64,000 nt of DNA from Candidatus Magasanikbacteria bacterium RIFOXYC2_FULL_42_28. GTDB taxonomy: Bacteria > Patescibacteriota > Patescibacteriia > Magasanikbacterales > GWA2-37-8. The stretch's first letter is position 1, and each line of letters begins with the position of its first letter. Positions 19,190 to 28,602 of this stretch are shown here, piece by piece. Location: contig MFQZ01000001.1 in the NCBI GenBank assembly GCA_001784435.1, positions 16,032 through 80,031 of the forward strand, read 5' to 3'. The notes beneath the pieces are model-generated. The model made no database searches and was not told the DNA's origin. It worked only from the letters and a program-made list of their open reading frames with translations. The translations under genes were made by a program, and so were the position numbers.

Positions 19190-21040
19190 TTACTTCAAAT
19201 TTTGAAATTCAATTAAAAGTTTATTTTGCTCATCGCGATTTCCAGATTTTTCCGCTTCTACCATTTGATGTTGCACTTCGGCTCGACGTCTTTTTAGCCA
19301 TTCATCTTTAATTTCTCGCACGAGCGCCAACACTTCCTCTTTCGCCCGCTCTTCATCATAATCCACAAACTCGAGTTCAGCCCGCATTTGCCAAGGGTTT
19401 ATATCAAAATCGGCCGTCAAAGTCAAATCAGACGCCTTCTTGATATTCGCGTTTATATTATACTGGTTTTTTAGCCATTCGTAAAGCGGTTCCGCACCAG
19501 AACCGGCATATGCCCCAACTGGCAAGATATCTGTTATACAAGAAAACAAGGCGGGATATTTCAAAACTGCTAACACACAACGTTCGCGACGACGTTCAAA
19601 ACTATCAGTAATAACTGGTTTAATAGTGGTTGTGACATCTTTTTTTGATTGAGGTAAGCGCGTTCTCTTTTGCAAATCTACAAGATTTTCTTTCATAACC
19701 ACAATATTAGTATCAAGCTTTTCAGCTATTAATTTTAACCAATGATCACGTATGATTGAATAAGGAATCAGACCAACGAATGATAAAAAATCATCAGCAA
19801 CTGTTTGCTTGTCTTTTGGTGATGATAAATTTTTTCCAACCAAAACCATATCAAAAAGCCATTCCATGATTTCACGCGCATTCTTTACTGCCATAAACCA
19901 AACATCTGGATTTTTTTTCAAACACTCATCTGCATCCTTTCCTGCGCCTTCAGGAATTTTTATAATACCAACATTTAAACCCTCTTTAATAGCCACCCCA
20001 ACAACTCTCTTCACCGCATTAACTCCGGCGCCATCAGCATCAAATGCCATTTTTATATTATTTGTATACCTCTTAATTAGTCCAAATTGATTACTTCTTT
20101 GTTGTTCCGATTCAGATAAAGTATCATCCGTTTCAAGCTTAAATGCCGTTCCCGAAGCCGCCACCACATTTTTCATTCCAGCCTGATGACAGGCAATCAC
20201 ATCCATTTGCCCTTCCACCATCACCACCAAATCTTTTGACTTAATTTCCGTTTTCGCTTTATTCAACCCATACAACACGCGCGATTTATCATATACCAAA
20301 GTTTGCGGAGTATTGACATATTTTCCACCCGCTTCCAAATTTTCATGCAATTGCCGTCCGGTAAAACCAACCACATCACCGTGCACATTCCAAATTGGAA
20401 ACATAATCCGATCACGAAAGCGGTCATAATATCTGGCTAAGTTATTTACCAAAACGGGCTTGCCCGGCGTAGCCGAAGGCGAAGACGGGTCTTTTTTAAT
20501 TGTGAGCCCAGCCGCCACCATATCATCAATTCCAATTCCTTTTTTTAATAAATATTGCGTTAACAAATCCCATTGATCAGGAATATATCCAACTTGCCAA
20601 TCCGCGATTGTTTCCGTTTTTAATTGCCGTCGCTCCAAATATTCGCGCGCTTCTTTTGACGCCGGCATGTCTAACAAAAATCGATGATAAAAATATGCGG
20701 CCTTGGCATTAACTTCCAAAATCCGATTTTTCTGACTTTTATTAACTTCACTTTGAAAATTATTATCTAATTTTACGCCCGCTCGATCCGCCAATAGTTT
20801 CAACGCCTCGGGAAAATCCAGCCCCTCCATTTCTTGCGCGAAAGAAAATATATCCCCTGATTTAGAGCACCCAAAACAATGCCAAAATTGCCGTTCAGCG
20901 TTTACCATAAACGACGGGGTTTTTTCCTTATGAAACGGACAGCACGCCTTCCAATATATACCCGCCTTTTTTAAAGGCAGATATTCGCCAATGAGCGTGA
21001 CAATGTCCAATTTATCTTTGATTGATTGCGTGTCGGTCAT
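19190..21040 (-). CDS. dnaG: DNA primase DnaG
   Basis: N-terminal zinc finger [12 protein letters not shown]...CFGC, TOPRIM region ([11 protein letters not shown]); immediately upstream of rpoD as in MMS operon. Confidence 0.9.
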   Translation of the reverse strand: MTDTQSIKDKLDIVTLIGEYLPLKKAGIYWKACCPFHKEKTPSFMVNAERQFWHCFGCSKSGDIFSFAQEMEGLDFPEALKLLADRAGVKLDNNFQSEVNKSQKNRILEVNAKAAYFYHRFLLDMPASKEAREYLERRQLKTETIADWQVGYIPDQWDLLTQYLLKKGIGIDDMVAAGLTIKKDPSSPSATPGKPVLVNNLARYYDRFRDRIMFPIWNVHGDVVGFTGRQLHENLEAGGKYVNTPQTLVYDKSRVLYGLNKAKTEIKSKDLVVMVEGQMDVIACHQAGMKNVVAASGTAFKLETDDTLSESEQQRSNQFGLIKRYTNNIKMAFDADGAGVNAVKRVVGVAIKEGLNVGIIKIPEGAGKDADECLKKNPDVWFMAVKNAREIMEWLFDMVLVGKNLSSPKDKQTVADDFLSFVGLIPYSIIRDHWLKLIAEKLDTNIVVMKENLVDLQKRTRLPQSKKDVTTTIKPVITDSFERRRERCVLAVLKYPALFSCITDILPVGAYAGSGAEPLYEWLKNQYNINANIKKASDLTLTADFDINPWQMRAELEFVDYDEERAKEEVLALVREIKDEWLKRRRAEVQHQMVEAEKSGNRDEQNKLLIEFQNLK

Positions 21041-21068
21041 AATAATTTTAATTGCGAAATCTCTTCAC

Positions 21069-22994
21069 TCATCCATTGTTCTCTGGGCCAAATTGTTCCA
21101 TTCGCATAAGTAATTTCGCTTCATCCATGTTATAAACATATTCACCTTTTCTAGTGCCTCGTTGCGTGCCAGTACAATTAACCTGCGTAAGTGAAAAAGA
21201 AAATGCATTGTTATTTTGCCATTTATTATCTCCTACATATTCCGCAGTATATCGCCCAGAATGATAACCGGAAATAGCCAAATTCGTCAACGATTGAATG
21301 TCGATAATATCATAATACACGCCACTATTGCAAACTCCGCCGTGCACCAACGCCACCAGCGCCAAATATCGCCCATCCGGACTAGGAAACAAATCCACCG
21401 CCGCGCCAAAAACATCATCCATAATTTTACGAATCTGACCGGACTTTGTATCTAATTGAAATAAAACACTATGACAGTTTTGCGCGCCACAATCAAAGGA
21501 AGTGTTCGCTAAAAAATATACCATTCCATCAACACTGGAGGTTGCGCTACTAATTCTTATAGATCGATCTGGCTCGAAATTTGATATTGCGTCAATAGTA
21601 ATATCGTTTTGTGCTGAAGCATAATTTAATTTAGTCACAAAACCATGCGCCGCTAAAAAAAACCCAATAACAAACAACAAAATCGGCCACCAAATATTCC
21701 CCCACTTTTTCTTCTGACTATTTTCCAAAACACAACTAACTAAATTCTGTGTTTGTTGCTCGTAATTTTTTAAATTCAACTTGCCGACCACAGGCACATT
21801 GCCTGTCCCGGCGTTATAAGCAACTACAGATTTTTTAAAACTCTCAGTGCTTTTTTTGTATTTCGTAGTATTTAACCATTTAAAATAACTTACGCCAGCG
21901 GCGACATTTTGGTTGGCATTAAACAGGTCAGATATGGGCGAGTAAAATGGTTTGCTATCGTCATTCAAATCAATCTTTAGCTGATTAGTTAGTTGAAATA
22001 TGCCACGACCCAAACGATCATCGGATGCCGGACCGCCGGTGGCATACACTTTATAGCGCGATTCGCAACCGGCCAAAGCCAAAACATACGAACTTTCAAT
22101 ATTTAATTTTTGCGCCCAAAATTTAATCAACTCAATTATTTTTTCTCTTTCTTGACCTTGGATTTCCACAAACGAAGACAAAACATAGCCAATTTTGCCG
22201 TGCGCCCCCACTTTATGCCAAACATAAGATTTGCCCGCGATAAATTTTCCAATGACCACCTCCTCTAAAATGTTAATCTGTTCACCATCTGCTAAACTTT
22301 CTAAAATTTTCGATTCATCATCTGGTTGCGAACGTAAATTGACTGATGAAGACAAAATAATATCCTGATATAATTTAATCCGACCAATTTTATAGTTCAT
22401 TTCAATGGTAGATTTAAATTGCACAATCACAGATTCCACCTTTTTATCTTGTGGCCGCTTTATCGTAATCATGATAGTGTCAGTGTCAGTTTTAGTTTCA
22501 ATTGATTTTTGACTGTGAGTATTATCGTTATATTTTACTTCTAAATTTTCAATTTCAATATTCTTATAAATAAAGTCAATCGCCGACGCGTCGTGTGACA
22601 ATGACAAAACTAATTTTTCTTTTATGTCAGGATTCATCTCCTCAACAGAAATATTCTCCAACATCGGCGCTTCATCTACCCAAAATCGCAATTTATGGGC
22701 GCCAGCCTTAAGCGGTAGTAAAATAATAACCGACTTGCTGGAATTTTTTAATTCATTGCCATTCCAAGTCCCTGGTCCTTTAAACTCGCGCTTTTTACCT
22801 GATAATTCCGTAAATAAATAATCGTCAACCTGCACAGCCAAATCATCATCGCTGAATAAACGTTTAAAATTCTGCCGCCAATTTTTCGCTTTAGCTTGAA
22901 TGGTAATCAAATAAATACCGTCGGCGAAAACGTTAAAATCCCAAACCTCTTGATCGCTAACAACACGATTGAATATTTGTGATTGATTTGGCAT
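21069..22994 (-). CDS. Lytic transglycosylase (SLT domain) with SH3b-like domain and central TM segment
   Basis: SLT motifs AGCESRY...GRGIFQLT...AYNAGTGNV; SH3b-like VNLRSQPDDESKILESLADGEQINILEE; hydrophobic WWPILLFVIGFFLAAHGFV at ~aa 435-455. Confidence 0.65.
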   Translation of the reverse strand: MPNQSQIFNRVVSDQEVWDFNVFADGIYLITIQAKAKNWRQNFKRLFSDDDLAVQVDDYLFTELSGKKREFKGPGTWNGNELKNSSKSVIILLPLKAGAHKLRFWVDEAPMLENISVEEMNPDIKEKLVLSLSHDASAIDFIYKNIEIENLEVKYNDNTHSQKSIETKTDTDTIMITIKRPQDKKVESVIVQFKSTIEMNYKIGRIKLYQDIILSSSVNLRSQPDDESKILESLADGEQINILEEVVIGKFIAGKSYVWHKVGAHGKIGYVLSSFVEIQGQEREKIIELIKFWAQKLNIESSYVLALAGCESRYKVYATGGPASDDRLGRGIFQLTNQLKIDLNDDSKPFYSPISDLFNANQNVAAGVSYFKWLNTTKYKKSTESFKKSVVAYNAGTGNVPVVGKLNLKNYEQQTQNLVSCVLENSQKKKWGNIWWPILLFVIGFFLAAHGFVTKLNYASAQNDITIDAISNFEPDRSIRISSATSSVDGMVYFLANTSFDCGAQNCHSVLFQLDTKSGQIRKIMDDVFGAAVDLFPSPDGRYLALVALVHGGVCNSGVYYDIIDIQSLTNLAISGYHSGRYTAEYVGDNKWQNNNAFSFSLTQVNCTGTQRGTRKGEYVYNMDEAKLLMRMEQFGPENNG

Positions 22995-23026
22995 AATTTA
23001 ATTTTAGATTTATATGAGAATTTTTT

Positions 23027-23150
23027 CCTTATGAAACGGACAGCACGCTTTCCAATAGATACCGGCCTTTTAAATCGGCAGATATTCGCCAATGAGCGTG
23101 ACTATGTCCAATTTATCTTTGATTGATTGCGTGTCGGTCATGGGAAATTT
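23027..23150 (-). pseudogene. Degenerate duplicate of dnaG 5' end (first ~41 codons; premature stop)
   Basis: ~90% identical over ~124 nt to 20917-21040; translates [23 protein letters not shown] ; direct repeat flanking the SLT gene insertion. Confidence 0.8.
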
Positions 23151-23154
23151 AAAA

Positions 23155-23949
23155 TTAACTATTTGTATCACCCTCACTACCGCTATTCAATTTTTTAATT
23201 TTTAAACAATATCGTGTACGAACTGATGAACGCGTTGCAATTCCCGATCCCATGAATGGACGAGGGACAAATGTATATTGAAAATTATAAACACTCTTTA
23301 ATTTTTCCAGTTCCTTACTCACATAAACACTGTGCTGTGTTGAAACAGGAAATATGCTAGCCAAACCACCCTGATGTAATTTGCTTATTATCATACCAAA
23401 AAATGAGTTCAGTTTGCGTTCAAGATTATCCGTGTTAAGAAGACCGGTACTACTATCCTCAAAAACATACGGAAATTCACCCCAAGTATTTACTATTAAA
23501 TCAAACTCTTCTGTCGGGTGGCCTTGCTCATCTTGGTGTTTTAATTCTAAAATTGATCGCCATTTAAGATCATCTTTTGATAAATTTTTTAAATTTCTAT
23601 TACGACGATAGTTTTTCGCTATTTTTTTACGTAAACCGGTGGTAAAAACTTTTATTCTGTCCCCAAACTCGGTTCTTAGTTGATCAGCATATAAGCCGGC
23701 ACCACCACCCATATCTAACACTCTGAATTTTCTATTCTGAAATTCTTTTTCTGATAAACGCTGTCTAATATATTCAATAAATGATTGTTCATGTAATGCC
23801 GCCACATCTAATCTACTGGTATGCTCGTCGCCCTCTGTTCGATCATATTGATAAGGTGGTTCTGATAACCCCTTTTCGCTGTGTTCTCCTGTAAAAACAG
23901 TATGCAATTCTTCATCGGAAATATCATGCGGCCAATGTCGTTCTGACAT
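23155..23949 (-). CDS. Class I SAM-dependent methyltransferase
   Basis: Motif I VLDMGGGAGLYA. Confidence 0.6.
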   Translation of the reverse strand: MSERHWPHDISDEELHTVFTGEHSEKGLSEPPYQYDRTEGDEHTSRLDVAALHEQSFIEYIRQRLSEKEFQNRKFRVLDMGGGAGLYADQLRTEFGDRIKVFTTGLRKKIAKNYRRNRNLKNLSKDDLKWRSILELKHQDEQGHPTEEFDLIVNTWGEFPYVFEDSSTGLLNTDNLERKLNSFFGMIISKLHQGGLASIFPVSTQHSVYVSKELEKLKSVYNFQYTFVPRPFMGSGIATRSSVRTRYCLKIKKLNSGSEGDTNS

Positions 23950-23964
23950 ATAAAAAATATTTAT

Positions 23965-25209
23965 TTATTCTTTTCTAAGCGCCGTCACCGGATCCAAACC
24001 GGCGGCTTTCTTTGCTGGGTAAAGGCCAAAAAATAATCCAATGACCGCCGAAAACCCAACGGCCAAAATTATTGATTGAATGGGGATAACATACGCCCAG
24101 ACGAAGTTATAATAGACCGCAATCAAATAAATTACAAGGGCAAAAATCGCGCCTAAAATTATTCCCACGAGTCCCCCGCCCAAAGTTAAAAGCACTGCCT
24201 CACTTAAAAATTGTCGCAAAATATCTGAGTTAGTCGCCCCTAAGGCCTTCCTCAAACCAATTTCAAAAGTCCGTTCGGTAACCGACACATACATTATATT
24301 CATAATCCCCACCCCACCAACCAGAAGCGACACGCACACGAGCGCCACGAGCAACATCGTAATTCCGTTCACGACCGAGCCCAAAATATCCGCCGCCTCT
24401 TTCATCGTGTTAACGGCAAAATCATCTTTATTCGGATCAGTAATATCGTGATTGTCGCGAATAATTTCTTCCAAATCCGTAACGGTCGCTGCCATGGCCG
24501 AGCGGTCTTTTACTTTGGCAATTATAGAGCGAAAATAATCCACGCCTAAAATTTTCTTTTGCAAAGTTGTTACCGGCACAATGGCCATATTGTCCATATC
24601 CATCCCAAAAGACGCGCCCCGCTTAACAGTAACGCCCAACACCCGAAACGCTTTTCCCTTCATATATATAGTTTGACCCACCGCATCGCTGTCGCCAAAT
24701 AATTCCTCTTTTAACACTGGGCCCAAAACAGCGACTTGCGCGAGCGACTCCTCTTCTTCTTTCGTAAACATTCTCCCGTCCGACAAATCCAATTTTTCCA
24801 CTTCTTGTAAATTATATCCTTCGCCCATGAGTAGTGAAATTTTGGTTTGGTCTTCGTATTTAATCGCCGCCTGCCCCATTGCCCAACCATACGCCGCAAC
24901 AATATTGTGGTGATTACGCACATCTTCCAAATCATGATTTTTTAAAGTGGTAATATTAATACCGGTGCTCTGACCAAAAGCATTATCACTGGAAGTTTTT
25001 TTCGTGGCCGGCACTTTTACTTCAATGCTAATCGTGTCCGGCGAAAAAGTTTCCAATTGCGACATTACCATTCGATCCAATCCCCGCCCGGCGGCCATAA
25101 TGGCGATGACGACCGCGATGCCGATGCTTAAACCCAAAACAGTCAAGACGGTTCTGGTCTTTTGAGATTTAAGGGCAGTGATAGCTAATTTGATGGGAGT
25201 AAAATTCAT
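23965..25209 (-). CDS. ABC transporter permease, MacB/FtsX-like (paralog 1)
   Basis: 414 aa; N-terminal TM, large periplasmic domain, C-terminal FtsX 3-TM bundle; tandem paralog at 25670-26914. Confidence 0.75.
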   Translation of the reverse strand: MNFTPIKLAITALKSQKTRTVLTVLGLSIGIAVVIAIMAAGRGLDRMVMSQLETFSPDTISIEVKVPATKKTSSDNAFGQSTGINITTLKNHDLEDVRNHHNIVAAYGWAMGQAAIKYEDQTKISLLMGEGYNLQEVEKLDLSDGRMFTKEEEESLAQVAVLGPVLKEELFGDSDAVGQTIYMKGKAFRVLGVTVKRGASFGMDMDNMAIVPVTTLQKKILGVDYFRSIIAKVKDRSAMAATVTDLEEIIRDNHDITDPNKDDFAVNTMKEAADILGSVVNGITMLLVALVCVSLLVGGVGIMNIMYVSVTERTFEIGLRKALGATNSDILRQFLSEAVLLTLGGGLVGIILGAIFALVIYLIAVYYNFVWAYVIPIQSIILAVGFSAVIGLFFGLYPAKKAAGLDPVTALRKE

Positions 25210-25212
25210 GTT

Positions 25213-25672
25213 TAAACTCTAAATACTAAACCCTAAATTCTAAACAAACCCAAAATACAAATAATAAATGTTCAAATTTTCGAAATAATTGCGCCAAATA
25301 TTTTCATAAGCTGTGTTGCTTCATCAATTAAAATTTTTCTTTCCGCTTCGTGTATTGTTAACGCGTCCACTAATCTCAACCACAAAACTGATTCTTTTGC
25401 TTCTTTGCGACAAATCTTAATTCTCATTACAAAATCCTTTTTACTTAACGACTCACTTGCTTCAATATAATTCGCAGCAACCGAACCTGACGAACGAATT
25501 AATTGCTTGGCATATTCTATATTTGATATATTTCTTGGTAATTTTTTTACAAATAATTTTGTATTATAAGCAAATTTAAATATTCTATCGTGTAAATCAA
25601 ACACCGGTTTTGGATTTTGTATTTCAGACATTTGAACTTGTTTAGAATTTAGGGTTTAGAGTTTAGTATTTA
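25213..25672. mobile_element. Miniature element: four-helix-bundle protein gene flanked by 35-bp imperfect inverted repeats built from TTTAG-type units
   Basis: Left taaactctaaatactaaaccctaaattctaaacaa (25213-25247) vs reverse complement of right (25638-25672) taaatactaaactctaaaccctaaattctaaacaa; sits exactly between stop of one permease paralog and start of the other. Confidence 0.5.
25272..25631 (-). CDS. Four-helix-bundle protein (23S rRNA intervening-sequence protein family)
   Basis: 119 aa all-helical protein, A..YIEA..S.S...F....I...EA.ES.YWL motif characteristic of this family. Confidence 0.65.
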   Translation of the reverse strand: MSEIQNPKPVFDLHDRIFKFAYNTKLFVKKLPRNISNIEYAKQLIRSSGSVAANYIEASESLSKKDFVMRIKICRKEAKESVLWLRLVDALTIHEAERKILIDEATQLMKIFGAIISKI

Positions 25673-26914
25673 TTCGTACCTAAGCGCTTCAATAGGATTT
25701 AATTTTGCCGCCTTCCGCGCCGGCACAATCCCAAACAACATTCCGATCCCAACCGATACCACACAACCCAAGACAATCGACGGGATACTAATAATAAAAT
25801 CCCAGTCATAGCCAAGCGAACGCACCACCAGTGAAATTATATAAGAAATAAAAATACCAGAAATAATTCCGATCACGCCACCAATAAAAGTTATCATCAC
25901 GGTCTCAACTAAAAATTGTTCAATAATATTACGATTGGTCGCCCCAACGGCTTTGCGCAAACCAATTTCACGCGTGCGTTCTTGCACCGCCGCGAGCATG
26001 ATATTCATAATCCCAACGCCACCCACGACAAGCGCAATCGCCGCCACGGCTGCTAAAAATAATTTTAAAGCGTTGGTAATTTGCGTAATTGCTTCCAAAC
26101 CCTGCGCCATTGATCGCACCGAAAAATCATCCTCTTCCGGCCGGTCAATTTTGTGGCGTTCGCGTAAAAATATCCGCGCGTCTTCCATCGCCGCGTCAAC
26201 ATTGTCCGGATTATCCACTTTTAAACGCGCGAAGCTAATATAATCAATGCCCAATAATAATTTTTGCGCGGTATTAAGTGGCACAAAAATTTGGTCATCT
26301 TGATTTTGAAAACCAGACACACCGCGTGTTTTCATCACACCAATAACATTAAACGAGGATTTTTTTATTTTAATTTGCGCGCCCACCGGATCTTCTTCGC
26401 CAAATAATTCTTTGGCCACCGTACTGCCTAACACGGCCACGCGCGCCATACTACGCTCTTCTTCTTCGGTAAAAAATCTCCCATTTTCAACTTTGGCATT
26501 TTCCACTTCCACAATAGACGCGTTAACGCCGGTAAAACTGGTGTCGGTTTGATTGTCACCCCAAACAATCGTATCAGTGCCTTTGACATAGCCGGTGCCG
26601 GCAACAACGTGCGCCGAACCGCTCCGAATTAATTCGCGGATATCACTGTCTTTCAAAGTCGTAACCACAATTCCCATCGCTGACGCCGGTGGGCCTTTTT
26701 CATCAGACGCGCCCGGAAGCACACCAATTAAATCCGAACCCAAACTTTTTACTTGATTTAAAATCATCCCCTGCGCGCCCGCACCGGCTGACAAAACAAT
26801 TATCACCGACATCACACCAATTATCACCCCAAGCATAGTTAAAAATGACCGAATTTTATTCCGGCCCAATACTCGCCAGATGGCGTGGATGTTGTCGAGG
26901 AGGTGCATAATCAC
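25670..26914 (-). CDS. ABC transporter permease, MacB/FtsX-like (paralog 2)
   Basis: 414 aa; same architecture as 23965-25209. Confidence 0.75.
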   Translation of the reverse strand: MIMHLLDNIHAIWRVLGRNKIRSFLTMLGVIIGVMSVIIVLSAGAGAQGMILNQVKSLGSDLIGVLPGASDEKGPPASAMGIVVTTLKDSDIRELIRSGSAHVVAGTGYVKGTDTIVWGDNQTDTSFTGVNASIVEVENAKVENGRFFTEEEERSMARVAVLGSTVAKELFGEEDPVGAQIKIKKSSFNVIGVMKTRGVSGFQNQDDQIFVPLNTAQKLLLGIDYISFARLKVDNPDNVDAAMEDARIFLRERHKIDRPEEDDFSVRSMAQGLEAITQITNALKLFLAAVAAIALVVGGVGIMNIMLAAVQERTREIGLRKAVGATNRNIIEQFLVETVMITFIGGVIGIISGIFISYIISLVVRSLGYDWDFIISIPSIVLGCVVSVGIGMLFGIVPARKAAKLNPIEALRYE

Positions 26915-27633
26915 TTTTTCAAATCCGTCGCGCCGGCCGCAATTTGGCGATTAGTTATCAGCGCGTCTTCCACAATTTCGCCATCTTTTAATTTAATCGC
27001 CCGCTTGGCGTGAGCGGCGGTGTATTGTTCGTGCGTGACCAAAATTATGGTGTTGCCTTTATCGTTTAAATCCTGCAAAATTTTCATCACTTGTAAACCG
27101 GATTTAGAATCCAAATTACCGGTCGGTTCATCGGCAAAAATTACGGATGGTTCGTTGACAAGCGCGCGCGCGATGGCCACGCGTTGTTTTTCACCGCCGG
27201 ATAATTGATTGGTAAAATATTCTAAACGATGTGCCAAACCAACCGACTCTAACGCCGCGGTCGCTTTTTGTTTGCGTTCACTTTCGGAATATTTAGCATA
27301 CACGAGCGGTAACATTACATTTTCCAATACGGTCGTGCGGGGCAATAAATTAAACGCTTGAAAAACAAAACCAACCGACTTACTTCGCATCTGCGCTAAT
27401 TCGTCATCGGTTAAACTACTAACATCACGCCCATCAAAAATATATTTTCCCGATGATAATTTATCCAAAAAACCCAAAATGTGCATCAGGGTGGATTTAC
27501 CCGAGCCCGACGGCCCCATAATCGCCACAAACTCCCCGCGCTCAATTTGAAAATTCAAACCGGCCAAAACAGGCGTTACCACGCCTTCGTTTTCGTATTG
27601 CTTTTTTAGGTTTTGGATTTGGATAAGTGACAT
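26911..27633 (-). CDS. ABC transporter ATP-binding protein (MacB/LolD type)
   Basis: Walker A GPSGSGKST, signature LSGGEKQRVAIARAL, Walker B IIFADEPTGNLD. Confidence 0.9.
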   Translation of the reverse strand: MSLIQIQNLKKQYENEGVVTPVLAGLNFQIERGEFVAIMGPSGSGKSTLMHILGFLDKLSSGKYIFDGRDVSSLTDDELAQMRSKSVGFVFQAFNLLPRTTVLENVMLPLVYAKYSESERKQKATAALESVGLAHRLEYFTNQLSGGEKQRVAIARALVNEPSVIFADEPTGNLDSKSGLQVMKILQDLNDKGNTIILVTHEQYTAAHAKRAIKLKDGEIVEDALITNRQIAAGATDLKK

Positions 27634-27639
27634 ATTTTT

Positions 27640-28596
27640 TTACATTATTTTTTTTCTTGTCACTTTGTATTTTACAGTGTTGTCTATGGATGGCAGCTTG
27701 ATATCTACGCCACTTTTATTTTCGCTTTTAACATGAACAACTTCTGATAATATTGGTAGATGTGCCTCTAAAAATTTAAATTTGCCTGGATGGATTCGTT
27801 TAAGTACCTCTGGATCCAAAAGGTAAACCGCCACACTGTCAGATAAATCTTCCGCTGGATCAAATGCTGCATAATCAGATACACAGGGTTGACTGGTAGT
27901 TTTTTGGATGGCGCGCCCACCAGGAGCAATTACTGCCTGCTCAACTTTTTTCCAACCAAATTCATTTTCCCAATCAGCCAAAAGTTTATCCCCAAAAACA
28001 TGTCCAATTTCGTGAGCAACCGTCGCCTCAAAACTTGAGGGAAGCCCGGTGCGGTGTTTATCTTGTCTCAAGCCATGTGGGTAAATTTGTATTGCTTGAT
28101 AATTATTCCTTAATGTTGCCTCACCACTTGTCAATTCCCCAGTGAGCTCATTTTGTTTGTCTGTTTTTCCTATAAATATGTATTTTACTTTTTTGATTAT
28201 TTCTCCATTATTTATTCTAGCGGCAGTCATGATAATATTTACTATTTGTGCTTTGTGCTGATCAGATAGGGACTCGCCAAAATTATATACATCAACTTCT
28301 ATGGTGTCGGCTTCTCCAATACGAGCTGTAATTGTTGTCTGTTCTTTAGGTAGACCTAGTTCATTTTTTATCTTATCACTTAACCACCAGCACTCCCCAG
28401 CCAGCTTAACCTTTAACGCTGTTATGATCGCCCTTTCCAACTCGTCATCTGATAAACTTGGTCTTATATTTATTACAACTGCATTAGGGTCATCATCATC
28501 ACAAACAAATCTTAAATCATCAAAATTTTGATATTCTTTCGGCCGGTATCCTTTTGCCTCACTTGTATTTATCATAGATAAAAAATAAATTGCCAA
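27640..28596 (-). CDS. Putative zinc metallopeptidase (HExxH)
   Basis: TVAHEIGHVFGDKL zincin motif; embedded in ABC exporter operon. Confidence 0.45.
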   Translation of the reverse strand: MAIYFLSMINTSEAKGYRPKEYQNFDDLRFVCDDDDPNAVVINIRPSLSDDELERAIITALKVKLAGECWWLSDKIKNELGLPKEQTTITARIGEADTIEVDVYNFGESLSDQHKAQIVNIIMTAARINNGEIIKKVKYIFIGKTDKQNELTGELTSGEATLRNNYQAIQIYPHGLRQDKHRTGLPSSFEATVAHEIGHVFGDKLLADWENEFGWKKVEQAVIAPGGRAIQKTTSQPCVSDYAAFDPAEDLSDSVAVYLLDPEVLKRIHPGKFKFLEAHLPILSEVVHVKSENKSGVDIKLPSIDNTVKYKVTRKKIM

Positions 28597-28602
28597 AAAA
28601 CC

